In this document: piece after piece, positions 39,201-48,239 of the stretch
How the letters are laid out: every line of letters begins with the position of its first letter
How positions within the stretch are numbered: the stretch's first letter is position 1
From: Sedimentisphaerales bacterium
Lineage (GTDB): Bacteria > Planctomycetota > Phycisphaerae > Sedimentisphaerales > SM23-30
Strand: one strand, 5' to 3'
Assembly: GCA_963666285.1 (NCBI GenBank)
Contig: OY762711.1
DNA length: 64,000 nucleotides
The notes under the pieces: generated by a model
The model's input: the letters and a program-made list of their open reading frames with translations, nothing else
Told to the model about the DNA's origin: nothing
Database searches by the model: none
Program-made: the position numbers and the translations under genes

Positions 39201-40387
39201 AATGGTCAGAGAAATCCCAAATAATGTTTCCGGTCAAACCAATAACATCAGGTCCTTTGCATCACTGGTTCGGCTATTATGACAAATTTCAAACAGACCC
39301 TTCCGACCGGTATGTACTGTCAATGGAAGTGGACTTTGAACATCGGACCCCTACCGAGAATGATAAGATCAAAATCGGGATGATCGACCTGAACAATAAT
39401 AACAAATGGACCGAACTGGGCAGCAGCAAAGCCTGGAACTGGCAGCAAGGGTGTATGCTGCAATGGCGGCCCGGCACAAATGAAGTGTTGTGGAATGATC
39501 GGGAGCAGGGTAAATATGTATGCCGGATCGTGAACGTGCGGACAATGGAAAAAAGAACGATCCCATACCCGATTTATACACTGAGCCCGGACGGTAAGTT
39601 TGCCTTGTCAACAGATTTCGAGCGAATACAGGATTGCAGGGCCGGTTACGGATATCCTGGAATCAGCGACAGGAACAATAAAGTGCTTGCCCCGGAAGAT
39701 GCGGGCATATATAAGATATCGCTGGACGACGGCAGCAGAAAGCAGATAGTATCAATAAAAGAGATAGCGGATATCCCCTATCCTGTTGAAAAATTATCAG
39801 GCTATAAACATTACTTCAACCACCTGGATATTAATACAGATGGAACTCGATTTGTATTTCTAAATAGATGGGTAAAACCAGGCGAAGGCAGACGTATATC
39901 ACCGTTGGGTACCCGTATGCTGACGGCTTCGGTTGACGGCGGTGAGATTCATGTGCTGAATGATTCCAAAATGACTTCGCATTTCTGGTGGAAAAACGCA
40001 AAACAATGCCTGGCATATGCCAACAGGCCGGAATCCGGCAATCACTTTTACCTGTTTGATGATGTGGTTGAAAAAAGCTATTCGATAGAAGGCAAGGAAG
40101 TATTTAACACAGACGGGCATTGCAGTTACCTGCAGAACACCGACTGGATAATGAATGATACTTACCCGGATGGAAACAGACAGATCACTTTATACCTGTA
40201 TAATACGAAAACGAAACAGAAAATCGTACTGGGTAAGTTTTTTGTGGATAAGAAATACCAGGGCGAATGGCGGGTTGATCTGCATCCGAGACAGAGCCGG
40301 GACGGTAAGAAGATTTTCGTGGACTGCCCGATAGGGAAAGAAGGCCGACAAATACTAATGGTGGATATCAGTGAATTGGACCTGTAG
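36221..40387 (+). CDS. Secreted GH2-like glycoside hydrolase fused to a C-terminal beta-propeller (TolB/oligogalacturonate-lyase-like)
   Basis: Signal peptide, LWTFKTPNLYKV, TGIRTV, ELCDQLGIMLIW and YNHPSIVVWELSNH. Second domain HHWFGYYDK...AWNWQQGCMLQW...RVDLHPRQSRDG. Confidence 0.75.
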   Translation: MLKSIKVLLCLSFTLLNLTNSASSNEARFNSFEFRYYSQSEKANGETDFKGKTEVFDTNARIDFLNAYTDYASKYFNVPNLDAKAVYEEQISDVIKGIKAQPLSEVRRTIKLEDWKALGYRTGQEETEKAVIALWEKYPNAQAADNHLTVSAGRIDHKLDTGMNWRFKFRWQAGIEKNNNTSFCLSGSGKNILEVGFDKNGSIYIRKASEKTNIQSYKTGNNIEFTIEGDLENNFYNLYLDGKLVLYAEPMLEKAIEAVDTFSIATDDKVMIDKIFGYDYVRDMKNNRVPYSPRLVINNYFSIKPSIDQWQESGYNDDRWQSTTLPAVHGGFYGKEEDLYLRKKIRIGDYEKAILSFETIDPGGVVYINNKKAATINNRLPVSIDATPYLKKNAQNQIAVKVNSFRLNNPMLHSCADRYIGWFAGRCKLELTSAVNIDKILIHTEILDGSKATQRHKVALENSTDQEFTGKLEICYRPWYPEEGAEQLKQIFEIRIPAHQSIVQEHDTTLNNASLWTFKTPNLYKVQVLLKNDKGQPVDDIAATTGIRTVSQEGGTFRINSKEEILNGVQNMGFRMPFEDLAKNNRCAPLEVLVEELLMAKNCGSNAFRVHVHAALNTADGINDPRIAELCDQLGIMLIWQTGAWIREGSWEGIDLEGLPHYMEQVYNHPSIVVWELSNHPNKFKPEPVSNSFDFVRKTIQAATAVDTSRLISPTTFWQHTHIKNDAGTRDIHGNDITAPSEYTHPLCTRGTQDSLTGYGFDWYKVRNWPSGWSKDCLDNGQRAYFNWEHEESIAQPNWTLCKGKPWYQMQSYEWDYDNGSIGKKLDADQWRASQGFQAFSAYEAMKKQRMFGVSGFSWCCLHGGANSGTYKKPLIDCLGYPKLAWYIHKFIYQRVLAGSDNVDVVYGPDDTVTPVILNFDDAKVVGLTIKVRNQKNQVVKELSYPGITLGEGRSVTKLEPVKIDFPGEGYYAIEYIVERQDGKDISMTADFKEWSEKSQIMFPVKPITSGPLHHWFGYYDKFQTDPSDRYVLSMEVDFEHRTPTENDKIKIGMIDLNNNNKWTELGSSKAWNWQQGCMLQWRPGTNEVLWNDREQGKYVCRIVNVRTMEKRTIPYPIYTLSPDGKFALSTDFERIQDCRAGYGYPGISDRNNKVLAPEDAGIYKISLDDGSRKQIVSIKEIADIPYPVEKLSGYKHYFNHLDINTDGTRFVFLNRWVKPGEGRRISPLGTRMLTASVDGGEIHVLNDSKMTSHFWWKNAKQCLAYANRPESGNHFYLFDDVVEKSYSIEGKEVFNTDGHCSYLQNTDWIMNDTYPDGNRQITLYLYNTKTKQKIVLGKFFVDKKYQGEWRVDLHPRQSRDGKKIFVDCPIGKEGRQILMVDISELDL

Positions 40388-40424
40388 AAATGGATTATGC
40401 AGGAAGCGTACCAATTGACGTAAG

Positions 40425-40456
40425 AAAAAAGCCTGTATCCAGATGATACAGGCTTT
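40425..40456. terminator. Intrinsic terminator between convergent genes
   Basis: AAAAAAGCCTGTATC-CAGAT-GATACAGGCTTT. Confidence 0.75.
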
Positions 40457-40515
40457 GGGGATTTATAATTGTCTTCGGCGAAGGATAAAATCACAAGCGA
40501 GGAGCTTGTACTATT

Positions 40516-42330
40516 TTATGCTTCTTCGGGGACAGGACCAACGATAGCATCGTATTCTTTTATTGAAGAAACATCACCAGCTGTGATAAGTTTGAACAGA
40601 GTTTCAATCTTAGCTGCATTGTTGGTTATGAATCGTTTGGCAACGATTGCTTTATGCTGACGATGTTTATCGTAAGCAGAGATATCCTGATCCTTGCCAG
40701 GCTCGCAGAAGCTGTCTTTCCAGGCAGGTTCGGCAACTGACTGCTGCAGGAACAGGTGACCGACGATAAGGTCGATAGCGATATCAACCAGCTTGCGGCC
40801 ATGCAGGTCCATGTAGTCAGTACCAGGCTGAGATTTGATAAAGCTGACCGCTTCGACCATCTTTTCACGACCGGCGATAAGGATATCAACCAGATCTTTA
40901 ACTTCAGCCGGATAATCAAATGCTTCCAGCCCAGCGAGGAATTTCTCGCCGGTACCAGAACATACGCCACGCACAGCGGCGACGATCTGAAGCTGGGAAG
41001 TACCTTCATAGATAGAGGTGATACGAGCGTCACGCATGTGACGTTCAACCGGATAGTCCTTCATATATCCGCTACCACCCAAAACGCTCATAGATTCGTA
41101 TGCGACCCTGCTGCACATTTCCGAGGCATAGTATTTGCTCATCGGGGTAAGCATATCAGCCAGACGGCGATAATGCTTGAATTCTTTTTTCATTTCCTTG
41201 AGAAGAGCTTTGTCTTCAATTTCGCCTGATTCAGTTTTCAGCTCAAGACCGTTGCTGAAATCAACCGCCCAGCATGTTTCCATAGTGAGAGTACGGGCAG
41301 CTTCCAGCTCGATCTTCATTTCAACGAGAAGATCACGAACACTAGGCAGTTTTTCGATCGGCATGCCGAACTGTTCACGACTGGCGGCATAATCACGTGC
41401 CACACGGAAAGCAGCTTCGCCGATACCAAGCGACTGGGAAGCGATACCGACACGGGCACCGTTCATAAGGCTCATAACATACTTGGCCAGCCCGCGTTTA
41501 CGTTCGCCAACAAGCTGGCAAGGGGTATGATCAAAATACATTTCACAGGTAGGCGAACCATGGATACCCAGTTTGTTTTCCAGACGACGAACTTTTACGG
41601 TCGGACCGTTATCACAAACAAACAGGCTAAGGCCCATACCACCGGCACGATCTGGCTCACTGCGGGCAAGAACGAGAAGCACTTCGCCGCAACCGTTCGT
41701 GATGAAACGTTTAACACCATGCAGACGCCACTGACCGTTTGAATCCTGATAGGCACGCAGCTTAACAGCCTGTAGGTCAGAACCGGCATCAGGCTCGGTA
41801 AGAACCATAGCACCGGTACTCTTACCTTCGGCAAAGTCAGGCAGATACTGCTGTTTGATATCTTCGTTAGCAAAAGCATTGATAGTTTCCGCGATACCCT
41901 GCAGACCGTAGATGTTCATAAGAGAGGCATCGGCACGAGAAACAACATCGTTACTCATTGTATAGATAAAGTTCGGGCAATTCAGGCCGCCGAAACGGTG
42001 AGGGAGAGTAAAGCCCATAAGCTTGGCTTCGCCGAACCTGTCGATACATTCCTGCATGCCGGGAGCGTAGCTGACAGTACCATCATCATGGAGAGTATTG
42101 CCGTCGATATCTATCTGTTCAGAACGAGGCGCTACAAAATCGCCTGAGATCTGACCAACAGTATCAAGCAGCATATTATAGTTTTCAACCGCGTCATCGG
42201 CATTATCAGGAGCCCAATTGTATTTCTGGCTGTCTGAATAGTCGCCTTCCATGATATCAGCCAGCTTACCAACCGGATAATACCTGAAAAGGAACATTAC
42301 ATCATCATTATCTTTATAAAAGTTTGCCAT
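40516..42330 (-). CDS. Acyl-CoA dehydrogenase
   Basis: MVLTEPDAGSDL, GVKRFITNG, KLGIHGSPT, REQFG, VLGGSGY and IYEGTSQLQ. Start set at ATG 42330 (MANFYKDN). Confidence 0.93.
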   Translation of the reverse strand: MANFYKDNDDVMFLFRYYPVGKLADIMEGDYSDSQKYNWAPDNADDAVENYNMLLDTVGQISGDFVAPRSEQIDIDGNTLHDDGTVSYAPGMQECIDRFGEAKLMGFTLPHRFGGLNCPNFIYTMSNDVVSRADASLMNIYGLQGIAETINAFANEDIKQQYLPDFAEGKSTGAMVLTEPDAGSDLQAVKLRAYQDSNGQWRLHGVKRFITNGCGEVLLVLARSEPDRAGGMGLSLFVCDNGPTVKVRRLENKLGIHGSPTCEMYFDHTPCQLVGERKRGLAKYVMSLMNGARVGIASQSLGIGEAAFRVARDYAASREQFGMPIEKLPSVRDLLVEMKIELEAARTLTMETCWAVDFSNGLELKTESGEIEDKALLKEMKKEFKHYRRLADMLTPMSKYYASEMCSRVAYESMSVLGGSGYMKDYPVERHMRDARITSIYEGTSQLQIVAAVRGVCSGTGEKFLAGLEAFDYPAEVKDLVDILIAGREKMVEAVSFIKSQPGTDYMDLHGRKLVDIAIDLIVGHLFLQQSVAEPAWKDSFCEPGKDQDISAYDKHRQHKAIVAKRFITNNAAKIETLFKLITAGDVSSIKEYDAIVGPVPEEA

Positions 42331-42487
42331 TTTAAATTCCGTTTTATTTGATTTACTCTTTGTGCAATTCCGCACTTTTGATTGTTCAACGTTATTTGCA
42401 AAGGCCCATTTGGGCGTTTATTGCAGCTTAAAAACTGCGAAATTAACTCTTATGCAAACGAATCTTTTTCCTGACTAATAAGCAAAA

Positions 42488-43516
42488 TTAATCCTTGGCA
42501 CGAATAGCCTTGATCATCTTTGGAAGTACTTCCTGATAATCGCCAACGATACCATAGTGTGCAACAGAGAAAATAGGAGCGTCCGGGTCGTTATTGATAG
42601 CAATAATACGAGAAGATTCGCTCATACCGGCTACGTGCTGGATAGCGCCACTAACACCAACAGCAATATATAGAGCCGGTCTAACGGTAGTACCGGTCTG
42701 CCCTACCTGGTGATCGTGGTCGATATAGCCAAGGTCAACCGCAGCACGGCTGCCGCCGGGAACACCGCCAAGCACATGGGCCAGATCCCAGATCATCTTG
42801 AAGTTTTCCTTGCTGCCGACACCGGCACCGCCGGTAACAATAACACGAGCAGCTTTGAGATTAACCTTTTTCTTGGCAACATGACGGTCAAGAATATTGA
42901 GCGGCAGATCTTCAGCAGTGATATAGCTTTCCTCGTTGATGATTTCAGCTTTTTTCTTCAGATCCTTATCAGGCATCGCCATAACGCCTTCGCGAACAGT
43001 TGCCATCTGCGGCCAGCGATCATAGTTGATAATAGTCGCGATAATATTTCCGCCGAAAGCAGGACGAATCTGCTGGAGCAGGTTTTTGTGAACATCCTTA
43101 GTCTTTGGCTCTGTATAGTCATCGATCTGGAGGTCGGTACAGTCAGCAGTCAGACCGGCACGCATAGTTGAAGCTACACGAGGAGCAAGGTCGCGACCGA
43201 TATGACTGGCACCATAAAGCATAATCTGCGGTTTGTGCTTTTGGATAAGCTCGCAGATAACCTTGGTATAACTGCAAGTCTGGTAGATGCCAAGGTCATC
43301 GTTATCGACAACATACACCTTATCGGCACCATAGTAGCCCAGTTCTTTGGCAGCTTCTGAAACGCTTCTACCGGCGAGTACAGCACCCAGTTTCACTTTA
43401 AGTGTATCGGCAAGTTCGCGCCCGCGTCCCATAAGCTCAAGAGAGACATCAGCAAGTTTGCCGTCAATCTGCTCGGCATAAACCCAGACTTCACCATTTC
43501 TGTTTACTTCTATCAT
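42488..43516 (-). CDS. etfA: Electron transfer flavoprotein alpha subunit
   Basis: GLTADCT, RPAFGGN, QVGQTGTTVRP and GVSGAIQHVAGM. Confidence 0.95.
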   Translation of the reverse strand: MIEVNRNGEVWVYAEQIDGKLADVSLELMGRGRELADTLKVKLGAVLAGRSVSEAAKELGYYGADKVYVVDNDDLGIYQTCSYTKVICELIQKHKPQIMLYGASHIGRDLAPRVASTMRAGLTADCTDLQIDDYTEPKTKDVHKNLLQQIRPAFGGNIIATIINYDRWPQMATVREGVMAMPDKDLKKKAEIINEESYITAEDLPLNILDRHVAKKKVNLKAARVIVTGGAGVGSKENFKMIWDLAHVLGGVPGGSRAAVDLGYIDHDHQVGQTGTTVRPALYIAVGVSGAIQHVAGMSESSRIIAINNDPDAPIFSVAHYGIVGDYQEVLPKMIKAIRAKD

Positions 43517-43610
43517 AATATTAAACTCTTTGTTTGCTGTTAGTTAATTAAGTTTTCAATCTATATTAAGAAAAACCGGCCCAAACAGTCAAAATGTTCG
43601 AGCCAACTGT

Positions 43611-44480
43611 TTAGCCGATAGTATGGTCTTCGATAAGTTCGTGTATCAGTTCCCTGATGCCATCATCGGTCGGCTCAATGCTTTTATGTTCACTGGCGGT
43701 AAGAACAACACTCTGGATGCGGTTGACCTTGGTCGGGCTGCCGCTCTTGCCACACCACTGCAAATCAGCTTCGAGATGGTCGAGATCCCATTCGTCAATA
43801 AGCAATCCGCGATCCCTAAGCGATTCGATGTCAGCGTCTGTGCCGCCGGTCGCCTTGACCTCGGTAGGACCTTTCGCCTTTTTGAACCACATCATCTGGC
43901 GAGAAACTGCCGGACGAGGGTCATTAGCGGTATCAAGAACAGTAAGGAGAGCCGGTAACTGGCACTGAACCTTTTCCCAGCCGGAACCAACACCGCGTTT
44001 GGCAGTGATAGTTTTGCCGTCAAGCTCCAGTTCTTCAACATAAGTTATCTGAGGGAATCCCAGCTTTTCAGCAGCCTGAGGTCCAACCTGAGCGGTATCA
44101 CCGTCAATCGCCTGGCGACCACAGAAAACGAGGTCTACATCTTCGATTTTCTTGACAGCACAGCTAAGAATATAGCTGGTAGCAAGAGTATCACTAGCAG
44201 CAGCACGACGGTCTGTAACAAGAATCGCACGGTCAGCACCACGGAACAGTCCCTGTCGCAGCACATCGCAGGCAGATGGCAGGCCCATAGTGAGAACAGT
44301 CACAGTACCGCCATGTTTAGCTTTTACAGCAAGAGCCATTTCCAGGGCATTTAAATCTTCAGGATTGAAGACAGCCGGCAAAGCAGCACGATTGACAGTA
44401 CCATCGTCATTCATGGCTTTTCCAGTAACTGCCTTAGTGTCTGGAACCTGTTTAACCAGTACAACACTGTTATAAGACAT
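43611..44480 (-). CDS. etfB: Electron transfer flavoprotein beta subunit
   Basis: VKQVPDT, NPEDLNALE, SDTLATS, CGRQAIDGDTAQVGP and GSPTKV. Confidence 0.95.
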   Translation of the reverse strand: MSYNSVVLVKQVPDTKAVTGKAMNDDGTVNRAALPAVFNPEDLNALEMALAVKAKHGGTVTVLTMGLPSACDVLRQGLFRGADRAILVTDRRAAASDTLATSYILSCAVKKIEDVDLVFCGRQAIDGDTAQVGPQAAEKLGFPQITYVEELELDGKTITAKRGVGSGWEKVQCQLPALLTVLDTANDPRPAVSRQMMWFKKAKGPTEVKATGGTDADIESLRDRGLLIDEWDLDHLEADLQWCGKSGSPTKVNRIQSVVLTASEHKSIEPTDDGIRELIHELIEDHTIG

Positions 44481-44895
44481 ATAAACCTCTCTTAAATGTT
44501 TACTTACGCACCAAGTGCAGAAGCGTTATTGCCATAGATAAGCGTACAACTTCCCTTATCAGCACTTTTAATATCAATTAACGTCCCGGCAGGTAGTCCG
44601 AGACTGGGTAATGATAAGTTAAAACTTAATAGAAGTCAACCTTCGATTTAGCGGTTTTAACGTTTCTAACACTGAAAATAAGGTTTTATGAGCAAAACAA
44701 GAGTAAAATATCATAGATAAAACCGGAATAATACCGTATAATACAGGGCTAATCTTAATGCAATCCAAATGAAAGCTTGAGATGTAATAGATAAGTAAAG
44801 AGTAAATATGACCTTTAAGTCACATCGAAAGACGGCAGGAAAGCCAACAGCGGCTAAACTAACACTGTAAACCAAATAATAATGGATAAAAAGGT

Positions 44896-46419
44896 ATGGA
44901 ACTTCCAGTAGTATCAATTGTAGGCAGGCCAAATGTAGGAAAGAGCAGTTTGCTGAACATTCTGGCAAAAGAGCGTATTAGTATTGTAGAAGATACGCCG
45001 GGCGTAACGCGCGACCGCGTAAGTGCGGTTATAGAGATGGACGGCAAGTATTTTGAGCTGGTCGATACAGGTGGTTATGGCATTGAAGACCATGACAACC
45101 TTACCGAGCATGTTGAAAACCAGATTATGTCTGCCCTGCTGCAATCTGATGTAGTATTATTTGTGGTAGATATCCGGAGCGGTATGCTGCCGCTGGACCT
45201 GAAGGTTGCCCAGCTGCTGCGAAAGGAGAAGCTGGACGTGATCCTGGTAGCGAACAAATCCGATTCGGTGGAGCTGGACGCCGGTGCAGGAGAATTCTAC
45301 AAGCTGGGTTTCGGCGAGCCGTTATGCATCTCCGCATTGCATGCCCGCAGGCGACAGGAACTGGTAGAAGAAATCCTTGACCGCCTGGAAGGGCGTAATA
45401 CCGAAAAGCCTCAAGAAGAAGCTATGAAGATAGCGGTTGTGGGTAAGCGAAATGTCGGGAAGAGCACATTCATCAACTCACTGGCCGGTGAAGAGCGAGT
45501 GATAGTGAGTGATGTCGCAGGTACAACAAGAGATGCGGTTGATATTCGATTTGAAAAAGATAACCGCACATTTATTGTTATCGATACCGCGGGAGTTCGC
45601 AAGAAGAACAAGATGAACGACGCTAACGGAATCGAGTTCTACAGCTATACCAGAGCAGTGAATTCGATCAAGCGAGCAGATGTATCACTGTTTTTTGTTG
45701 ATGCAGCTGAGCCAATATCACAAGTTGATAAGAAACTGGCACGATTCATTATCGATAATCATAAGCCGGTAATTATTGTTGTAAATAAATGGGACCTGGC
45801 AAAAGATCGGGCAGCAACCGAAGAATACAGTGAATATTTCGATAAGGTTCTGCCAGGTTTGAACTTTGCCCCGATATGCTTTATAACGGCAAAAGAGAGT
45901 AAGAACATCAATTCCCTGATCGACCTGGCGAGTAATATTTTCAAACAGAGCCGAACAAGAGTAACAACAGGTAAAATCAATAAGCATCTGAAAAACATTA
46001 CAGCAGAGCGTTCTCCATCAGTACGCAAAAAGATTGGTCTGCCAAAGATTTATTATGGCACCCAGGTTGCGGTTAACCCACCTACCGTACTGTTGTTTGT
46101 TAATAACCCTGATAGAATAGACGAAAACTACCAGCGTTTTCTGATTAACCGCATGCGAGATGTAATGCCTTGGGGAGAGGTACCTATCAGGCTGATATTG
46201 CGGGCACGAGATGAGAAAGTCGATATCGAGTTTGACTATAAACGTGAAGAGTCAATGGAAGGTTCTATCACAGAAGAGCAGTATCGTTCAGAAGCTGTCG
46301 ATGTTACATTTGAAATAGAAGTTCCGGATGAGCCGGAATATGACGGCAGTGAAGCAGAAGAATACAATGACGACGATTTTGATTACGAATCTGAAAAGGA
46401 CAGGCACGAAGGATTTTAG
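44896..46419 (+). CDS. der: Ribosome biogenesis GTPase Der (EngA)
   Basis: Two GTPase domains (GRPNVGKS/DTGG/NKSD and GKRNVGKS/DTAG/NKWD), a KH-like C-domain and an acidic tail. Confidence 0.97.
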   Translation: MELPVVSIVGRPNVGKSSLLNILAKERISIVEDTPGVTRDRVSAVIEMDGKYFELVDTGGYGIEDHDNLTEHVENQIMSALLQSDVVLFVVDIRSGMLPLDLKVAQLLRKEKLDVILVANKSDSVELDAGAGEFYKLGFGEPLCISALHARRRQELVEEILDRLEGRNTEKPQEEAMKIAVVGKRNVGKSTFINSLAGEERVIVSDVAGTTRDAVDIRFEKDNRTFIVIDTAGVRKKNKMNDANGIEFYSYTRAVNSIKRADVSLFFVDAAEPISQVDKKLARFIIDNHKPVIIVVNKWDLAKDRAATEEYSEYFDKVLPGLNFAPICFITAKESKNINSLIDLASNIFKQSRTRVTTGKINKHLKNITAERSPSVRKKIGLPKIYYGTQVAVNPPTVLLFVNNPDRIDENYQRFLINRMRDVMPWGEVPIRLILRARDEKVDIEFDYKREESMEGSITEEQYRSEAVDVTFEIEVPDEPEYDGSEAEEYNDDDFDYESEKDRHEGF

Positions 46420-46461
46420 TTAAGCTGCAACGCCTGCTGTAAACGAAGTTGTCTTAATAAA

Positions 46462-46539
46462 ACTTAGGGCGGTCAAGTGAGCAACCTAAGTAAGGTATTA
46501 GGTATTAGGGAAGGAAACGCCTTCGGCGAGGCTAATTAA
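46462..46539 (+). repeat. Intergenic repeat (same family as 34751-34879)
   Basis: ACTTAGG...CCTAAGT inverted pair, then AGGTATTAGGTATTAGGGAAGG-AAACGCCTTCGGCG-AGGCTAATTAA. Confidence 0.7.
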
Positions 46540-46661
46540 TTTTAGCTGACGCATATGTTGGCTCCTTTTGTAATCGTTGCAATTATATATATTGTAATAT
46601 TTTATGAACGATATAAATAAAAACGAGACATAAAAAACAACGTTTTGAATGATAGTAGTAT

Positions 46662-46711
46662 AAATACAAGACCCGCTGAAGTAAAACGAACCTCAACGGG
46701 TCTTGTATTTT
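46662..46711. terminator. Long inverted repeat / intrinsic terminator between convergent genes
   Basis: AAATACAAGACCCG...CGGGTCTTGTATTT. Confidence 0.7.
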
Positions 46712-46747
46712 ATAGGTTATATATCGTTAAATATACTGGAATTAGTT

Positions 46748-47662
46748 TTAGAAAACATCCGGGTATTTATCAAGCCAGGAAAAATTAGAATTTGAGTTAC
46801 CCATAAACTGGCTCCATACAGTTTTATTAAACCTGTCAAAAGAAACATGCCACTTGAGCGTCCATAATTCCTTCACATTGACATTGCGAGCGGAAGAATC
46901 GCCAAACAGCATATTGATGCCTTTACCATGACGGTCCATGGCAAAATTACCCATCTCTCTAGCAGCTATACCACAACCATCAGCTCCAAAAGATGGTTGA
47001 GGGACAACACATGCAATAGAGGTATCAGTATAAGGTAAATATTTTTCAGCAGAAGTATAGTCAGGAGCACCGCCACGCCATTTGCAATCACCAAAAATCG
47101 GGACATCGCCACCATGTTTAATCCTGGCGCGAGATACCCAGTAGTTATTTGCATCTCTACCCTGACTTTGCGTATCACCGGTTGGGAGAGGATTACTATG
47201 GCACCAGACGTTCATCCCGTAACTGGCAAACTCATCTTCACCCTGATTTTCATAAAGCTGACTGTCATGAGCAGGAATACTGTACATATACTTAACACCA
47301 CCAAAGACTTCATTGTTACTTGGATTCTGACGTCCCTGAATATCAACTTTATTAGCAGAAGGACAAGCTAACAATTCAGAGTTTTTCTCATATCTTTTTT
47401 TAAGACAGTAAACCCAGGAAGCACGAGGAGTGTTGCCTGCATTTTGAGTAATAAAACTCTGATAGTCAGGGAATCTATCACCCCATTCATCGGTATACAT
47501 CTGCCAGACAATACCCCACTGCTTGAGATTCGAGAGACAGACAGCACTTCTAGCCTGGTCTTTGGCTTTGTTCAAAGCCGGCATTAAAATGGCTACAAGC
47601 AGAGCAATGATAGAAATAACAACCAACAACTCGATAAGGGTAAAACCTTTTTTAGATTTCAC
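46748..47662 (-). CDS. Prepilin-type N-terminal cleavage/methylation protein (planctomycete DUF1559 / H-X9-DG type)
   Basis: KKGFTLIELLVVISIIALLVAILMPAL...CLSNLKQWG and C-terminal RHGKGINMLFGDSS. GTG start at 47662 with GGAGGT RBS. Confidence 0.88.
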   Translation of the reverse strand: MKSKKGFTLIELLVVISIIALLVAILMPALNKAKDQARSAVCLSNLKQWGIVWQMYTDEWGDRFPDYQSFITQNAGNTPRASWVYCLKKRYEKNSELLACPSANKVDIQGRQNPSNNEVFGGVKYMYSIPAHDSQLYENQGEDEFASYGMNVWCHSNPLPTGDTQSQGRDANNYWVSRARIKHGGDVPIFGDCKWRGGAPDYTSAEKYLPYTDTSIACVVPQPSFGADGCGIAAREMGNFAMDRHGKGINMLFGDSSARNVNVKELWTLKWHVSFDRFNKTVWSQFMGNSNSNFSWLDKYPDVF

Positions 47663-48239
47663 AATAATTACCTCCAAAAAAAATATCAATACTTATTTAT
47701 AAATTTTTCTATATGCAGAGGAAAAACAATATGAATTATACAAAAGATCATCTCAGTTAAACCAGAAAGATTAACTCGCATCTCATCGCCTAACAAAAAC
47801 GAGTTGCTTCTGTTTTGTTTATAAAAACAATATTAAATGTTCGGTGAAAAACCTATTTTGCTCATAATCTTCTTAATTAAAACAGTACAAGTAAAACATT
47901 CTATACTCAGTTCAATTTTGCAATAGAACATACATGCCTACAAAGTACACATATCCAAGCCCGGTTTCAGGATATTCGCCCTTGTTCATTATATAATGTC
48001 GCAGGAGTGGCAAATGTTAACGCAAAAAATATAATAAATTCTAATTTATAGAAAAAATACAGGTATTCAGTACCAGAAAGAAAAGATAGGTAACCCCTGG
48101 AATAAAGCTGAGATATATCAGAAATACTACATGATATCAGCTAAAAATGGGCAAAATTAACATGATTGGATATTAATATAATAATTACAATAGTTTACAG
48201 AACAAGATATAAAATGGAAAGCATAGCGATATCACAAGA

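Noticed and set aside
47690..48239. Riboswitch or ncRNA in the long leader of the prepilin gene
   Set aside because: No conserved aptamer motif that I can recognise. An Rfam/Infernal scan would be needed.
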